The notes beneath the pieces are model-generated. The model made no database searches and was not told the DNA's origin. It was given only the letters and a program-made list of their open reading frames with translations. The position numbers and the translations under genes are program-made. From assembly GCA_964016885.1 (NCBI GenBank), contig OZ024740.1, forward strand, positions 140,306,001 to 140,370,000: DNA of 64,000 nt, read 5' to 3'. This DNA comes from Eledone cirrhosa. Taxonomy: Eukaryota. Positions 25,736-39,571 of the stretch are shown one piece after another; positions within the stretch are counted from its first letter, which is position 1; each line of letters opens with the position of its first letter.

Positions 25736-26999
25736 CCATACTATTGCTACTATTAACAATAATAATTTATTTTATTTGCCACATGGACATTGGTTGGAGG
25801 AGATATTACAAAGACAAATGACCGCAACACCATCACTACTACTATTACCACCAGTACCACGACTGCTACTGCTGCTACTACTACCATAATTCCCTATTTC
25901 CTCCACTTCGTTGTTTAGCAGATAGACCTCCGGAACCCGCCGTCCCCTATAACTCCATCATAGTTCTCCTATATCTATATCCTAATTAACAAGTAGAGAT
26001 CCGTTCTTCTTCTCTCTTATCAATCATGTCAAATCCGGATGATATATTCCCCCTTAAAACTAATCCATTATTTTTTTTTATTTTTATATATTTATATTTG
26101 CTACATGGATTTGAAGCAGGTGGGGTGATTTCATTCCTGACAAGTCAGTCCACCCCTTCTACATCACCCCAGAGCCAACCTAACAGCAATTAACAGCTTC
26201 CAGAAGTTTCCAAAATCTTCACATCTTACCGATAACCTTCAAAATCAGCTGCTTTTTTTAATATATATTTCTCGTTTCACGCCCACTATCCAGTAGATAA
26301 AGAGACATTTTACTTTCGCTTTTGTTTGTTTGTTTTGTTTTGTTTTGTTTTGTTTTGTTTTGTTTTTGTGTTTGTTTTTGTTATTTTAGTTTTTTTAGTT
26401 GTTTTTTTTCGATCGTATCGTCAAATTGGACCAAGGAAACTGTGTTTCCATTGATCTTTCTGTTGTTGATACCGTCTGACGGTCGCACTTCCCGGTAGAA
26501 GAATGTGGAATTTGATTTAATTCAAAAGTCACAGAGCCGGATTAGATACCCCAAATCATACCATCCGATCTTACCAATTCCACCAATTCACCGCTCCTGA
26601 CATCACAGATTTCCGAGAGGCACATCACTGAAACTTAAACGATCACAGTTTTATACAAATTTGTATAATTTAATATATAATAATTTCCTACGATCAATAA
26701 ATAAATCGCTAAACATCTTAACTATGGAAATATTCAAAGCGGTTGAAAAGGTTGTATGCTGTTATGAACTGTTATATTATTTGGCATGGGGAGTATTGAC
26801 TGGGTAGTAGAAAATGTAGACTTAATAATTTTCTTAGTGTGGTCAGAACAAGAAAAGACAAAAATTAGATTTGTCAACTTACTAAATGGTAAGTTGAAAT
26901 TATTTCATTTGGGAGAAGGGGACATATAACCAGGAGGACAATGCAATTGTAACCTAAGCAAACATGAAAGAACAGCCGAACTCCCACTGTCATCGCCTC

Positions 27000-27230
27000 C
27001 ATCTCTCTGGCCCTCCCCATCTATCCGTATGGTGAGCATATGGGGTCCCACGTGCTAGCCTCCCCACAGTCCCGGCGAACAGAATGGAGAAGGCGTTTCC
27101 CCGGAGGATGGTAAGGGAGATGCGCTGGAAATGGCTCATGCTATAGAGATAATCTAGGGCACTAAATAGCCAGGCGCCAATCGTGGGTGCTACATTAGTT
27201 GACTGATTAGCTATGGTCATCAGCACTTAA
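27000..27230 (-). mobile_element. 3' end fragment of a CRE-clade RLE retrotransposon
   Basis: FQRISLTILRGNAFSIL resembles the QR.S.AIQRGNA C-terminal motif of CRE-like proteins. Confidence 0.6.
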
Positions 27231-27243
27231 GCAGAATTTGAAT

Positions 27244-27450
27244 TCAGAACGCTCGGGGTCTACCGCTGGGTCTCTTGTCGGCTGTTTTTGCCCGTAAAAT
27301 CTGTCCAGCGATTCTTTTCAGAGACATCCTAACAACATGCATGTAGTATCGGAACTGTGCTCTTTCAATTCGGAGAAGAAGCGACTCTACCTGGAGCAAC
27401 TCCCTGATCTCTGAGATATGCACTCTATCGAATAACGTTATTACAGTTGA
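27244..27450 (-). mobile_element. RTE-clade LINE C-terminal fragment
   Basis: IRELLQVESLLLRIERAQFRYYMHVVRM...KRPSGRPR. Confidence 0.8.
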
Positions 27451-27829
27451 TAAATTTATTTGGAAGAATGGGACACACATCGTAGAACTAGGCTAGTGCG
27501 CTAAATACACAGGAGCCGGTCCTGGGTACTGACCACCAGTTATATAGACCGTGTGACTTTTTTTTTTCCAAATGCGTTCTCTACTTCTATCTACTAAAGC
27601 TGTGAGCTGTGGCGTAATTAACGTAGCTACCTATTTAAGAAGTCTTGTTGGCTAACAGAGTAATTTCACTTATTTAAACTTAAGTCTTGTTCGCTAATAG
27701 AATAAATAATATCACTTGAATTGGCTGCCACTGAAATAGTCCTAATTAGTGACTGAACTAAGGCGTCAAGATGTTACCTCATACAGATGATAAACCATCG
27801 TAATAATTAACTCAATACATAAGTTGACT

Positions 27830-27848
27830 GCTGTTGCTGCTGCTGCAC

Positions 27849-27885
<37 letters not shown>

Positions 27886-27931
27886 CACTACTACTACCAC
27901 CATCACTACTACTACCACTACTACTACCACC

Positions 27932-27963
<32 letters not shown>

Positions 27964-28042
27964 CACCACTGCTACTACTACCACCACTGCTACTACTACC
28001 ACCACTGCTACCACCACCACCACCACTACTACTACTAATAAT
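27830..28042. repeat. (ACT/ACC)n microsatellite
   Basis: Directly visible. Confidence 0.95.
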
Positions 28043-31000
28043 GATTTCATTTATTGACCACAAGGGCCGACATATAGGGGACAATACAAAAGACTGGGAC
28101 AGTGGGGTTTTACAGAAAAATCGAGTAAACAATATGAATAACAATAACAAAGTAACAATAAATATACAACAAGAAAAATTCCCCAATAGGGGGGAAGACC
28201 ACCCAGGGTTCGCTCAGGTACCCCACCAATCCTGAACGACCCGACGCTTCGAGAGCACCCTGGAAAGGCACCCCTCTCCTCCTCAAATTTACCCACCTAC
28301 AGCCGCATGACCATATTAGGCCCATCAGCACGGGCCATTCTCGCCACATTCACCCACCTTTCAGCAAATGTACTGTGGGCAGCACTTCTCTCTCCACCCT
28401 CACCTTCCTTTCCAAGTGAAACTTGAAAAAGTTGATGAGGGATTGGCCGAAGAGAAAAGTGTCTGTCTTCAGTCCTTTCAACCTCGTCCACCATACAACC
28501 TCTTTCGCTACTGCCACCAGACAGAGGAAAATTGCCTGCCCTTTCTGGCCAAAAGAAGGCGGCGGGTCGATCTTCACTATGGACTCGGCCGATAGCCGGA
28601 TCCGTTCTACACGCGACAACAGCTGATCGACATAACTCCACAAGTCAGTAATGCACTGACACTGGACGAGTGCGTGCAAAACGGTTTCGTCGCTCTGCGA
28701 GCATCTCGGGCAGGTCCGTCTGACAGCACTTCCGTGCCTGTAGAGTTTATCTCGAACCGGCAGCACTGCCAAGCGAGGGATTTTGGGAAATTGTCCATCG
28801 GCTCGAAAGTCCTCCGGAGCAGACGGGTTAGTTCGACTTCGTCGACTCCCAGAGCCTCTCCGAGTGCGTCGTCGCACTTGCCCACCACTAATCCTCTATA
28901 GAGCTCGAGAGTGGAAGTTCCACTGACCGCACTGCCCGCCTGGTAGAGGGCAGTGAGTGCCTGGCAACATTCCAGATGCCAGTCACCCAGTCTCGGTCTC
29001 TTCTTGACCCAGGACTGCAGCTCAGTCAAAGAAACGAGCTGCGGAAAGGCCCGTCTGACAAACGGCGACCACACCTGTTCACCGTTTAGGCAGAATATTT
29101 GGAGATGCCGCAGCCTCAGCGCGTGTCTGGGCATCATTAGCCACGGCATGCCCAACCCTCCACGTAGAGGGTGCTGGCAGCAGATTGACCGCCTCACCAG
29201 CGGAACATTGACCCCTCCACAAGAATTTGAAGAGGAGCCGCTCCGAGATAGCGAGGCGCGAACGTGGGTAAGGGACGACGGTCAGACGGTAGTAGATGAC
29301 GGACGCGATGTACGCGTTTGCCACCTCCGCCCGACCTTTCAGTGATAGCTTCCTCCCAGCCCATTTCTGGGTGAGACTGGCTACCCTGCCCGTCACCTCG
29401 TCCCAATTCTTATCCACCTGGAGGTCTGGCCCGAACCAAACTCCGAGCAATTTTACCGGTCCGTCCGTTCAGCGCCTAACGACGCTGTTGGACGACATGG
29501 ACTTGCCTCTCCAGGTGCCGAGTTGCAAGCCCACCGACTTTTCCGGGTTAAGTTTTGCTCAACCTTTCATATTCCTCCAATAAGTTGCCGACCACCTCGA
29601 TTTCTGAGGTGTCCGACACCAAGCCGATACAGCCTTTCCGCGTCCCGGTTCAAGTAGGATGCCCTGCAACAGCTCCAGCTTCCGTAGTAGAGGCTCGAGA
29701 GTCAATACGTACAGAAGGGAGGAGAGAGGGCACCCTTGACGGACCGATCGGGAGACCTGAAACGGTTCCGAGAGGTGGCCATTAATTTTGACCACCGAGC
29801 AGGTGCCGCTGTGTATTGTAGCGATCCAGCTTCTGAAGACGGGGCCGAAGCCAGCCGCCTTGAGGACAGCCTCCAGGTACCGATGGTCGACCCTATCGAA
29901 TGCTTTCGATTTATCTAAATTGATCAGAGCCCCACCGAAGCCAGGTTTACACCCTACCCTCTCTATGATGTATCGCATCAGGTAGAAGTTGTCGTGTATG
30001 GACCTGGTTGGGATTCCCCAACCAAATCCCCGACGACAAGCGCCTCCCCAACCAAATCCCCGACGACAAGCGCCTCCCCAACCAAATCCCCGACGACAAG
30101 CGCCTCCCCAACCAAATCCCCGACGACAAGCGCCAACCTCTTCGCTAACACCCTGGCCAAAATCTTAAACTCTGTGTTGAGCAGATTTATGGGCCCGAAA
30201 TTGTCTAATGTGTCCCTCTTGTTCTCGTCTTTCCTTATCAGCGTCACTACGCCCCGGCTCACAGAACTGGGAATACTCCCGTTTTGCTGCCAGTTGCAGT
30301 AGAGGGCTTCGAGGAGATTGGAGAACAAGTCTGGCATATTTACGTAAAGCTCGTAGGGCAGACCAACCAAACCGGGTGACTTGCGCCTCATGCAGCCGAC
30401 AAGGGCATCCTGAATCTCGGCTGAAGTAATTGGCCTTTCGCAGCGCTCAGTGTCAGCCGTCGAGAGTTGCGGCAAGCCATCGAGGTAGGGACTGAAGTCC
30501 GCCACCGTCTCTGACCCGCCACTTCCCCCGAACAACCGAGCAAAATGTTGGCGAAAGGCCTCACACATCCGCTTGGAATCGTTTAGCTCGTGTCCGTCTC
30601 GGTCCGTCAAAGACCGAATCGTGGTTTTATTACCACACTGCGCCTTTTCCACGCGGGCCCATCGAACAGCTTTGGTTCCCTCGTTTCTCAGAGCACGCGC
30701 CTTAGCTCTGACAATGCAACTTTCGTGTTTCGCATTGAAGAAATGGTCTAATGCCATTCTCGGCGCTAGCACATCAGTTGCAATGCCACTACCAATAGCC
30801 TCGTCTAACTTATCTAGCAACTCCCCCTTCTTTCTATTTTTCTCTAACGTTACTTCTTTGCTCAACTCTATCGACATTACTCTAATCTCTCTTTTGAGAG
30901 CCCTCCCCCACCATCTATTGTTGACGACTGCCCCGGTCAACTTTTTCTTAACTAAATTGTTGACCTGGTCCCTGTAAGCCTTACGTGCCGGAAATGACAT

Positions 31001-33428
31001 GTTTAGCTTCCAGTAACCAGGTCCTAACCTATGCGTCTTATCTAAGTCGACCATACAGATCACAAACTTGTGATCTGAATAGGCGACCGTTTCAAAACGT
31101 GGACAGCTTACACTATTTCTGTCTATTTTCCTAATGAATATCCTGTCTATATACGATCTAGATGACACTATGCGGTTAGTCCAGGTCCACACTGGCGCAT
31201 TAGGGAAATCTAGTCGGTACCTGTCAGACAGTTGGAACTGGCTGATCAGGTTCTTGAGGCTTTTGCACACACACACCCCTCCCCCGCGCTCCTATCGGAT
31301 ACTCCCACACAGTCCCAGCGTGTGTCTACGATGCCCTTCCAGTCCCCCGCTAACAGTAAAGGGTGAGACGTACCCAGAAAGGCTTCCAGGCGTCTAAAGA
31401 AGTCCGGCCGTCCTTCCCCAGTAGGGGCATAGACGGCCACCAGTCTAAAGGCACCACCTTCGTTATTGTTCACGTCCAGGACCACCAACTTGCCGTCCGG
31501 CTTCCGGAAGATCGACCTTACCTCGAGATCCAAGCCTTTCCTAAACAGCACTGCAACCTCGCCTCCCATTCCCGGCCGGCTAACAGATGCAAAGATCTGA
31601 TAGTCGTCGAAAATGGGGGCTAGTGCGCGCGTATCGGAAATCCTGGTCTCGCTGACGGCAATCATCCATTTCTAAAGACCTGAGGTCGTTGAGCAGGTGA
31701 CCCTGCTTCCAGGACGATCCCAGGCCTCGAACATTTAAACTTCCTACTCTTAATACGGCCATGTTGGCAGGTTAAAAAAAGAGAGAGGAAAGGTTTACTT
31801 ACCTTCCGGGCTCTTATGAATGTCGGGTGGTTCGACCTCGATAGTTGGTGGGGTTTCTTTTGGGAAACCCTTTAAAAGTCTTGAAGTGGGTTTTACGTCC
31901 GGGGTTCCCACGTCCCGAGGAAAACTGTCTCGTATCTCTTTGTATAAATCGAGCGACATTCGCACCAGAAACAAATCTTCCGGCACGCGAAATGTGCTCG
32001 ATTTAAAAATTTCCCCCTCTTTTTTGTATATTTTCACTTCGTGCTACGAGGGCCATCAGTTCCTTGTTGGCCCTCCTGACGAGCACAAAATTTTGTATGT
32101 TTTGTTGGTGTAATTTTATTTGTTTGCGTGGCTGTGGTAGTGATGGTTTTGGTGGTGTTGTTTCGGTTGTGTCTGTGTTTGTTGTGAGTGCGGTGTCTGT
32201 AGTTTCAGATGTTTGTGTGTGTATTTGTTCTTGCGTCTGTTTAGGTTGTTTGCGTTTGGGGGATTCTGGTGATGGTGATGGTGGTGTTGATGTTGGTGTT
32301 ATCCGAGAGATGTTTGCGTGGGTAGTGTCTGAATTTTTTATTGTGGGTTATTTTGTGCTTTGTTGAGGTTTTCCACAATCACACATCCCAGAAGCCACCA
32401 CATGTCAAGTCCTGGTGGGATTCTGGGAATGCGGAGACGGCTGTTCTTTTTCCCATGTGAGAGGAGTACATTATGACCTTGCTGGTTTTGCAAGGAGTCA
32501 TAGCGTGTTTCATAGCGAGGGCTTCTGACTTGAACAGCACCGAAATAGTGCCGTACTGTCTGCCCCCTCGCTATGTATTCGGTGTCATCTCTGATGCACC
32601 TCAGCGCGACTTCAACATCTGCTTGTTGGATTAAAGCTGCCCTTTTGGTTTGTGCTGAGATGCATCTATAATGCACCGTTCTGCGCTCCACTGCCTCAAT
32701 AGCTTCTACCGGGACAGTTAAGTTGGCCCAGGTTTGCTCTTGCTTGATGAGCTTCCATGCCTGGGCCAACTTTTCATCTTTGTTTGAGAGGTCCATGTTG
32801 AAGCATGGCCTCTTTTTTGCTGCTGCCGCAGCGAAAGTGTTCTTCTTGTTGTCGTTGGGGGTGTTGTTGTTATTGTCGTTGTTCTTGTTGGTGTTGTTAT
32901 CACTGTCGCTGTTATCATTGTTGTCTTTGGTGCCACCGTTGTTCTCGGTGCAGTTGGTATTGTTGCTGTTGGTGTTGTCGCTATTTGTTTTCATGTTACT
33001 GCTGTTGATATTGTTGTTGCATTTGTCATTTTTTCTGTTCTCTGTATTTTCGTTGTCGCTGTTACTGTCATTTTTTTCAAAATTAGAGTTTTCAGTGTTG
33101 TTATCATTGGTGTCTTTGTTTACATTGTTTGTGGTGGTGTTTGTGTTATCAATTTCTGTTAATTTCGCCGTAGCGCTCCTCTCAACTTCTACGTCGTTGT
33201 CGCACGACAGCAGACATATCGCTGGGGGACGTGGCTCAGCTGTGGGGTTTTTTTTTTTTTTGGGGGGGGGGGGGGGATCTCGATAATTTTTTTAAATGTA
33301 AAAAAGTTCAAATATTATTCTTTCCCCTTCACAGAACAAAGTCCAAGGGCTTGTATGACTTACACAACAACAACAAATTCATAAATCAGTTTTTACAGGA
33401 GCGAGAAAAAAGACGTCCGTTCAGACTC
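28043..33428 (-). mobile_element. L1/Tx1-clade LINE copy A (near full length, internal deletions, frameshifted)
   Basis: ORF1 remnant ~33200-31795; ORF2 fragments with APE (31762-31246), RT (29978-31276, 29559-29978: LDKSKAFDRVDH, RQGCPLS) and C-terminal CPRC...H...C (28350-28877). Confidence 0.95.
30015..30134. repeat. 30-bp tandem repeat x4 inside the RT (ALVVGDLVGE)
   Basis: Single copy at the homologous site of copy B (~35500-35535). Confidence 0.95.
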
Positions 33429-33483
<55 letters not shown>

Positions 33484-33725
33484 TTTTCTTTATTAACCAC
33501 AAGGGTTCACATAAAGTAGACATTAAGGACAGTACAGGACAATACAGGACGGTACAAATGGGCATTTCTGCGTGTAAAAAAACAGAGGTTGAAATAAAAT
33601 AACAAAGAAAAATTCCCCAATAGGGGGGAGACTTCCAAGGGACATTTGTGGAGAAAGCCCATTAAAAGACCACAGTGGCCCTGACCACCAGGGCAAGTGC
33701 CCTCTCCCAGTTTTCCACCTTTAAT

Positions 33726-36700
33726 TTACAGATACGTACTCAGAGTAGGCCCATTCACTCGGGCCATTCTTGCTTCTCTCACCCATCTTTCAACAAAATG
33801 CTGGGAAGAGAGCACTTCCCTCTCTACCCTGATTTTCCTTTTCAAATGAAATTTGAAAAAGTTAATCAGGGCATCACCGAAGAGGTAAGTGCTCGTCTTC
33901 AGCCCTTTCAAACGTGTCCACCATACTATCTCTTTCGCCGTGGCCACCAGACAGATAAAAACTGCCTGCCCTTCCCGGCTAAAGGAAGAGGGCGGGGCAA
34001 TCCTCACGATGGACTCAGATGATAGCCGGATCCGTCCTACACGCGACAGCAGGTGTTCGACATAAGCCCACAAGTCAGCAATGCTCGGACACTGGACGAG
34101 TGCGTGCAGGACGGTTTCGTCGCCCTGCGCGCATCTCGGACATGCCCGGCTGACGGCACCTCCATGCCTGTAGAGTTTATCCCGAACTGGCAAAGCTCCT
34201 CGGTAGCACTGCCAGGCCAGAGATTTCTGGAAGTTGTCCATAGGTCCCGGCCCGAAAGTTCTTCCGGAGAGATTGGCTAGTTGATTTTCGTCGACGCCTA
34301 GAGTTTCCCCAAGTACGTCGTCGCTCTTCCCCTCCACTAATCCTCTATAGAACGCGCAGGGGGAGTTTCCACCGATCAGATTGCCCGATTGGTCGAGGGC
34401 TGTGAGCGCCTGAAGACATTCCAGTCTCCAGGCGCTCCCTCTCGGTCTTCGCTTGACTCAGGACTGCAGCTCCGTCAAGGAAACGAGCTGGGGAAATACG
34501 TGTCTAGCAAACGGCGACCACACCTGATCACCGTCGAGGAAGAGTTGGAGATGTCGTAGCCTGAGCGCGTGTCTGCGCATCATCAGTCACGGCATTCCCA
34601 GCCCTCCACGTAGTGGGTGTTGACAGCAGATGGACCGCCTGACCATCGGAGCGCGTCCATTCCATAAAAAGCGAAAGAGCAAACGCTCCAGCGCAGTCAG
34701 GCGGGGCTTACGACAAGGTACGACGGTCAGGCGGTAGCAGATGACAGACTCGATGTACGCGTTAGCCACCTCCGCTCGACCTTTCAGGGATAGCTTCCTC
34801 TCCGCCCATTTCTGGGTGAGAGAGGCCACCCTGCTCGTCACCTCGTCCCAGTTTTTGTCCGTCTGGAGGTCCGGACCGAACCAGACCCCTAGCAATTTAA
34901 CCGGTCCGTCCGTCCAGCGTCCGACGACGCTGTTGGACGGCATGGACCTTCCTCTCCAGGTGCCGAGCTGCAGGCCCACTGACTTTTCTTGGTTGATCAT
35001 TGCTCCTGTCACCGCTTCGTATTCTCTTAGTGTAGTGCCGATCGCCTCGATGTGTTTGGCGTTCGACACCACTACGGTGACATCGTCCGCATATGCTGAC
35101 ACGGATCTTCCGCATCCTAGTTCGCGCGGGACGCCCCTCAACGTCTCCAGTTTGTGCAGTAATGGCTCGAGAGTCAGTACGTACAAGAGGGACGAGAGAG
35201 GACATCCTTGGCGGACCGAGCGCATGATGTTGAACGGTTCCGAAAGGTGACCGTTCACTCTCACCACAGAGCAGATGTCGCTGTGCATGGCAGCGATCCA
35301 GCCTCTGAAGACGGGCCCAAAGCCAGCCGCCCTCAGGACTGCCGCTAGGTAACGATGGTCGACCCTATCGAAAGCTTTCGACTGATCTAAATTGATCAAG
35401 GACCCACCCGTGCCAGGTTCCCTAGCTACCCTCTCTACGATGTATCGCATGAGGTGGAGGTTGTCGTGGATGGATCTGTCGGGAATGGCGCATGTCTGCG
35501 CCTCTCCCACCAGACCACCAACGACAAGCGCCAACCTCTTTGCTAGCACCTTGGCCAAAATCTTGAACTCTGTGTTTAGCAGAGTTATGGGCCGGAAATT
35601 ATCTATGTTATACCCCTTGTTCGGATCCTTTCTCAGCAGTGCCACCGCTCCTCGGCTCACAGAACTGGGAATTATCCCGTTCTGTTGCCAATTGCAGTAG
35701 ACGTCCGCCAAGAGGCCTCCGAACAAGTCTGGCATCTGTATGTAAAGTTCATAGGGCAGACCATCCAAACCAGGCGATTTACCCCTTGTGCAGCCAGTCT
35801 TTGCCTCCCTTACTTCAGCGGCTGTTATCGGCTTTTCGCAACACTCCGCCTCAGTGGCTGAGAGCCGCGGCAGTCCGTCGAGGTAGACACTAAAGTCCAT
35901 CCCTCGACCCGGCCCACCGCTGCCCCCGAACAGCTGAGCGAAGTGTCGCTGAAAATCTTCACACATTTGCCCGGGATCGAGTAGCATGCGCCCGTCGTGG
36001 TTCACCAAAGACCGGATCGTGGTTTTGTTGCCACGACGCGCCTCCGCCACTCGGGCCCATTGAACGGCTTTCGTCCCCTCGTGTCTGAGAGCACGCACCC
36101 TAGCTCTGACAACGCAGCCTTCGTGCTTTGCATTGAAGAATTGGTCAAGGGCCAATTTCGCCGCAAGCACGTCGGTCGCAATGCCTTTGCTAAGCGCCTC
36201 GTCTAATTTTCTAACTAGTTCTCCCTCTGCTCTATTTTTCTCTATTGCTAAAGCCTTACTAAACCTAATCGATTCTATTCGCTCTTTTCAGAGCAAACCA
36301 CCACTTGTTGTTGACGATGGCCCCCGTCAACGCCCGCTTAACTAGTTCGCTAATCCGGTCTCTGTGGGCCTTGCGCGCTGGTAAAGATGCGTTTAGCTTC
36401 CAGTAGCCAGGTCCTCGTCTATGAAGCCTATCTAAGTCAAGCACACAGATCACGAATTTGTGGTCCGTGTAGCTGACTATCTTGAATTGTCGACAGCCTA
36501 TGCTAGACCTATCTATTTCCCTACAAAATACTCTATCTAGATATGATCTGGATGACCCTATGCGATTTGTCCAAGTCCACATTGGCACATTCGGGAAATC
36601 CAATCGGTACCTGTCAGACAGTTCAAAACGCCAGAGCAGGTTGGTGAGGCTCTTGCACCCTCCACCCCTATCCGCTAATCCCACACAGTCCCAGCGTGCA

Positions 36701-37140
36701 TCTAAGATCCCGTTCCAGTCGCCCACTAACACTAAAGAGCGGGACGTTCCAAGAAAGGTCTCCAGACGCCGGAAGAAATCAGGCCGCCCTGCTCCTGTCG
36801 GGGCATAGACGGCTACTAGCCTGAAAGCTTGCCCGTCTCCGCTGGTCACGTCCAGCACCACCAAATTACCCTCTGGGTCCAGTAAGATGGCCCGTATGGC
36901 GAGATCCAAACCTCTCCGAAAAAGCACAGCAACTCCTCCCCCCGATCCAGGACGGCTGGGAGATGCGTACACATCGTAGCCGCCGAAGATCGGTGCGAAG
37001 GCCCGTGCTTCGGAGATTCTGGTCTCGCTGATGGCCACTACATCTATGTTTAGTGACCTGAGGTCGTTGAGCAGGTGACCCTGCTTCCATGACGACCCCA
37101 AGCCACGCGCATTTATGCTGCCTATTCTGAGTGAAGTCAT
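33726..37140 (-). pseudogene. LINE ORF2: APE endonuclease, RT and zf-RVT; one frameshift (~36270) and one premature stop (34587)
   Basis: SINARGL, ISETR, VYAP, GDWN, SYLDR, TDH; SPGLDG, FRPITLLN, DQSKAFDRV, RQGCPLS, AYADD; CPRC..ETVLHALVQC. Confidence 0.95.
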
Positions 37141-37219
37141 GTTTAAAATAGAGTGGAAAAGATGGGAAAGACCACTTACCGTACTTTTCGTAGAGGAGGG
37201 ATGGTTTTTCCATCCCTTT

Positions 37220-39312
37220 TCATTTGCTCGTCTGGTGAAGGGACCGTTGAATCGTCCCTTCGGCTGGTCGTCGGCTCGCTATGAGTATGTCCGAATATAC
37301 TCTTCGGTTGAGAGTCCCTTCTAGGTCTCTGAAATCACCAACTGCGTTGGGGAATTTCGTTTTAATGTTTGTATATTGTTTCTGTGCTATTTTTAGCAGT
37401 CTTATGTTAGTTGGCGTTTTGATTGGTGCTGGTATTATGTAGTCGTGTTGTGAAATGTCTGTGTGTTCAATTATGTAAGTCATTAGTTTCTTGTTGTGTG
37501 TATTTATTGCCGTGCATTTGTTTTTCTGGGGGTGGGGTGTGGTTCTGCTATTTTCTTGTCGTTGTTGCTGGGTGTGTGTGTTTTGTTGTTGTGTTTGCGA
37601 TGTTGGTGCTTGTGGTGGTGGTGTTGAAGGTGTTGTTGTTGTTGGCGGTGGGGTTGTCGCCGGTGGTGATGGTGGTGCTAGTGTGGGTGGTGATGGTGTT
37701 GGTGGTGTTGCTGCTGTGAGTCTCTTTGCAGTAGCCTTTACCCTTTTTTCATTTTTTTCCTCTCTTTTCGAAGGCGACGATGCGCTGCTTCTGCGTTTGT
37801 GTCTTCTTACGACCTTTTGCCATCCCTCTCCCACCTCACACTCCATGTCTGATTCTGTGATGTCGGGGAGGGGTACCAGCTCCACTCTTTCACTTGTTGT
37901 TGGTGATGTTTGCACTGGAGTCTCTGTTGCAGCTGCATTTGGTATTGCTGTTGTTGTTGTTAATACTTCCACTGCTGCTGCTGTTTTTGATTTCCGTGGC
38001 GTGGGTATGGGTGTCACGGACCTATCGTTCCTGGTTGCCGCTTGTCCTGTTGCTGGTAGCCGTGGAGCCGGTTTCGGAAGGAGGGGGGTTTTCTCCTTTC
38101 TCAGGGTCTTCTCGTAGCAGAAGGCCCTGAGGTGAGTCTTCGATCCACAGCGAAAGCATTTCGGGCGTTTTCCCTCAACACTTATGGGCAGTTGAGTGCC
38201 GTTATCGAAGTTTATCACATCCGGGATAGCTTCGATGCACTCCTGGTTGGTTTGGATTAACATCTCAATGGAGGTGCCGACCCAATCTTCTCTTACTTTT
38301 TTTGTACTTGCAGTACAGTTGTTTTGTCCTCGATTCCGACGAGGACAGACGCGGCCAGCCAAGAAGGGGCCATCCCGGGGGGGACGTGGGTCAGTTTGAC
38401 CCTCACAATTTTTGGCCCGCAGTAGGAGGGCACCAACACCATTTCCTCCCTCCTTAGGGTCACTAAGGATTGAGCCTTTGCCTCCTGGGGTGTGGCAAAA
38501 AGTACGTCTACGGTGGCATATTTCTTGCCTCGGGTGATGTGCGTTTTCCGATGCCACACAGACCCCAAGGCTTTTTGTATTTGAGCCTCTGTGGCTCTTT
38601 CAACCCTACGGGATTTTGTACTTACTGTACGGTACGTGACCGTACAGTACTGTTGGGTTTTGAAAAATTTTTCGGCTGCCTTGCAGATTGCTCGGTGTCC
38701 AGTTTTTGTCACCATCTTCTTCGCTTCCTCTAATTCCTCATTTGTTATGAGGATGGTTTCCAGGTTCTTTGCGATACCTGCAAACGAGATTGGTTTTTCT
38801 TTGCTGCTGTTGTTGTTGTTGTTGTCGTCAGAGCTGCTGTTACTTTTGTTGTTGCTGCAGGTACTACGACTACTGCCGCCGCCGCTGTTGCTGTGGTTGT
38901 TGTTGTTGTTGCTGCTGCTGCTGCTGCTGTTGTTGTTGCTGCTAATGCTGTTGTTGTTTATGCTGCTGCTGATGCTGTTGCGGCTGCTACTGTTGTTTTC
39001 CTTGTCACTGTTGCTGCTGCTGCTGTTATTACGGCTGCTACTGCTATTATTCCTGAAGTCAGACGAATGAAATGGGTTTTCGTATTTCCCGCACACCTTT
39101 TTCGTCGTTGTCGTCGTCGTCGTAGATAAATCTTGCTCGCTTTGCACGTGATTTTTCTTTTCTGGCGTCGCTTGCGAAAGAGAAGGGAGGGAGAGAGACA
39201 CATTTAGAGAAGGGAGGGAGAGAGACAATCTTCTCTCTGCTGTAGTGACGATTGAGGAAGAAGAAGACGGAATGAGTGGGAGTGACCTATGAAAATTCTT
39301 TTTCGTAGCCAT
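37220..39312 (-). pseudogene. LINE ORF1 (gag-like, CCHC knuckle), one frameshift at ~38300
   Basis: ORFs 38293-39345 and 37220-38557; KCFRCGSKTHLRAFC. Confidence 0.85.
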
Positions 39313-39527
39313 GTTGTTTTTTTGTTTAAAATAAATATTGGGCACAAAACCCCAATAAGCGGTTATTTAACCCCGAAGGGCCAAATAACGGGCAGAAAGA
39401 CCCCTCTCACGAGGAGGAGGGTGTTTTTGTCTACAAGTTGGTTAAAGTTTTAAACAATTTACAATTGTTATAGCGGTCAAAATTTACAATACCTTACAGA
39501 GCCGAGCCTCCGTCAACCATAGCATTC

Positions 39528-39569
<42 letters not shown>

Positions 39570-39571
<2 letters not shown>

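Larger units (their letters stand above)
33483..39527 (-). mobile_element. L1/Tx1-clade LINE copy B, apparently full length (~6.0 kb)
   Basis: 5' UTR, ORF1, ORF2 and 3' UTR bounded by (AAT)n on both sides. Confidence 0.95.
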
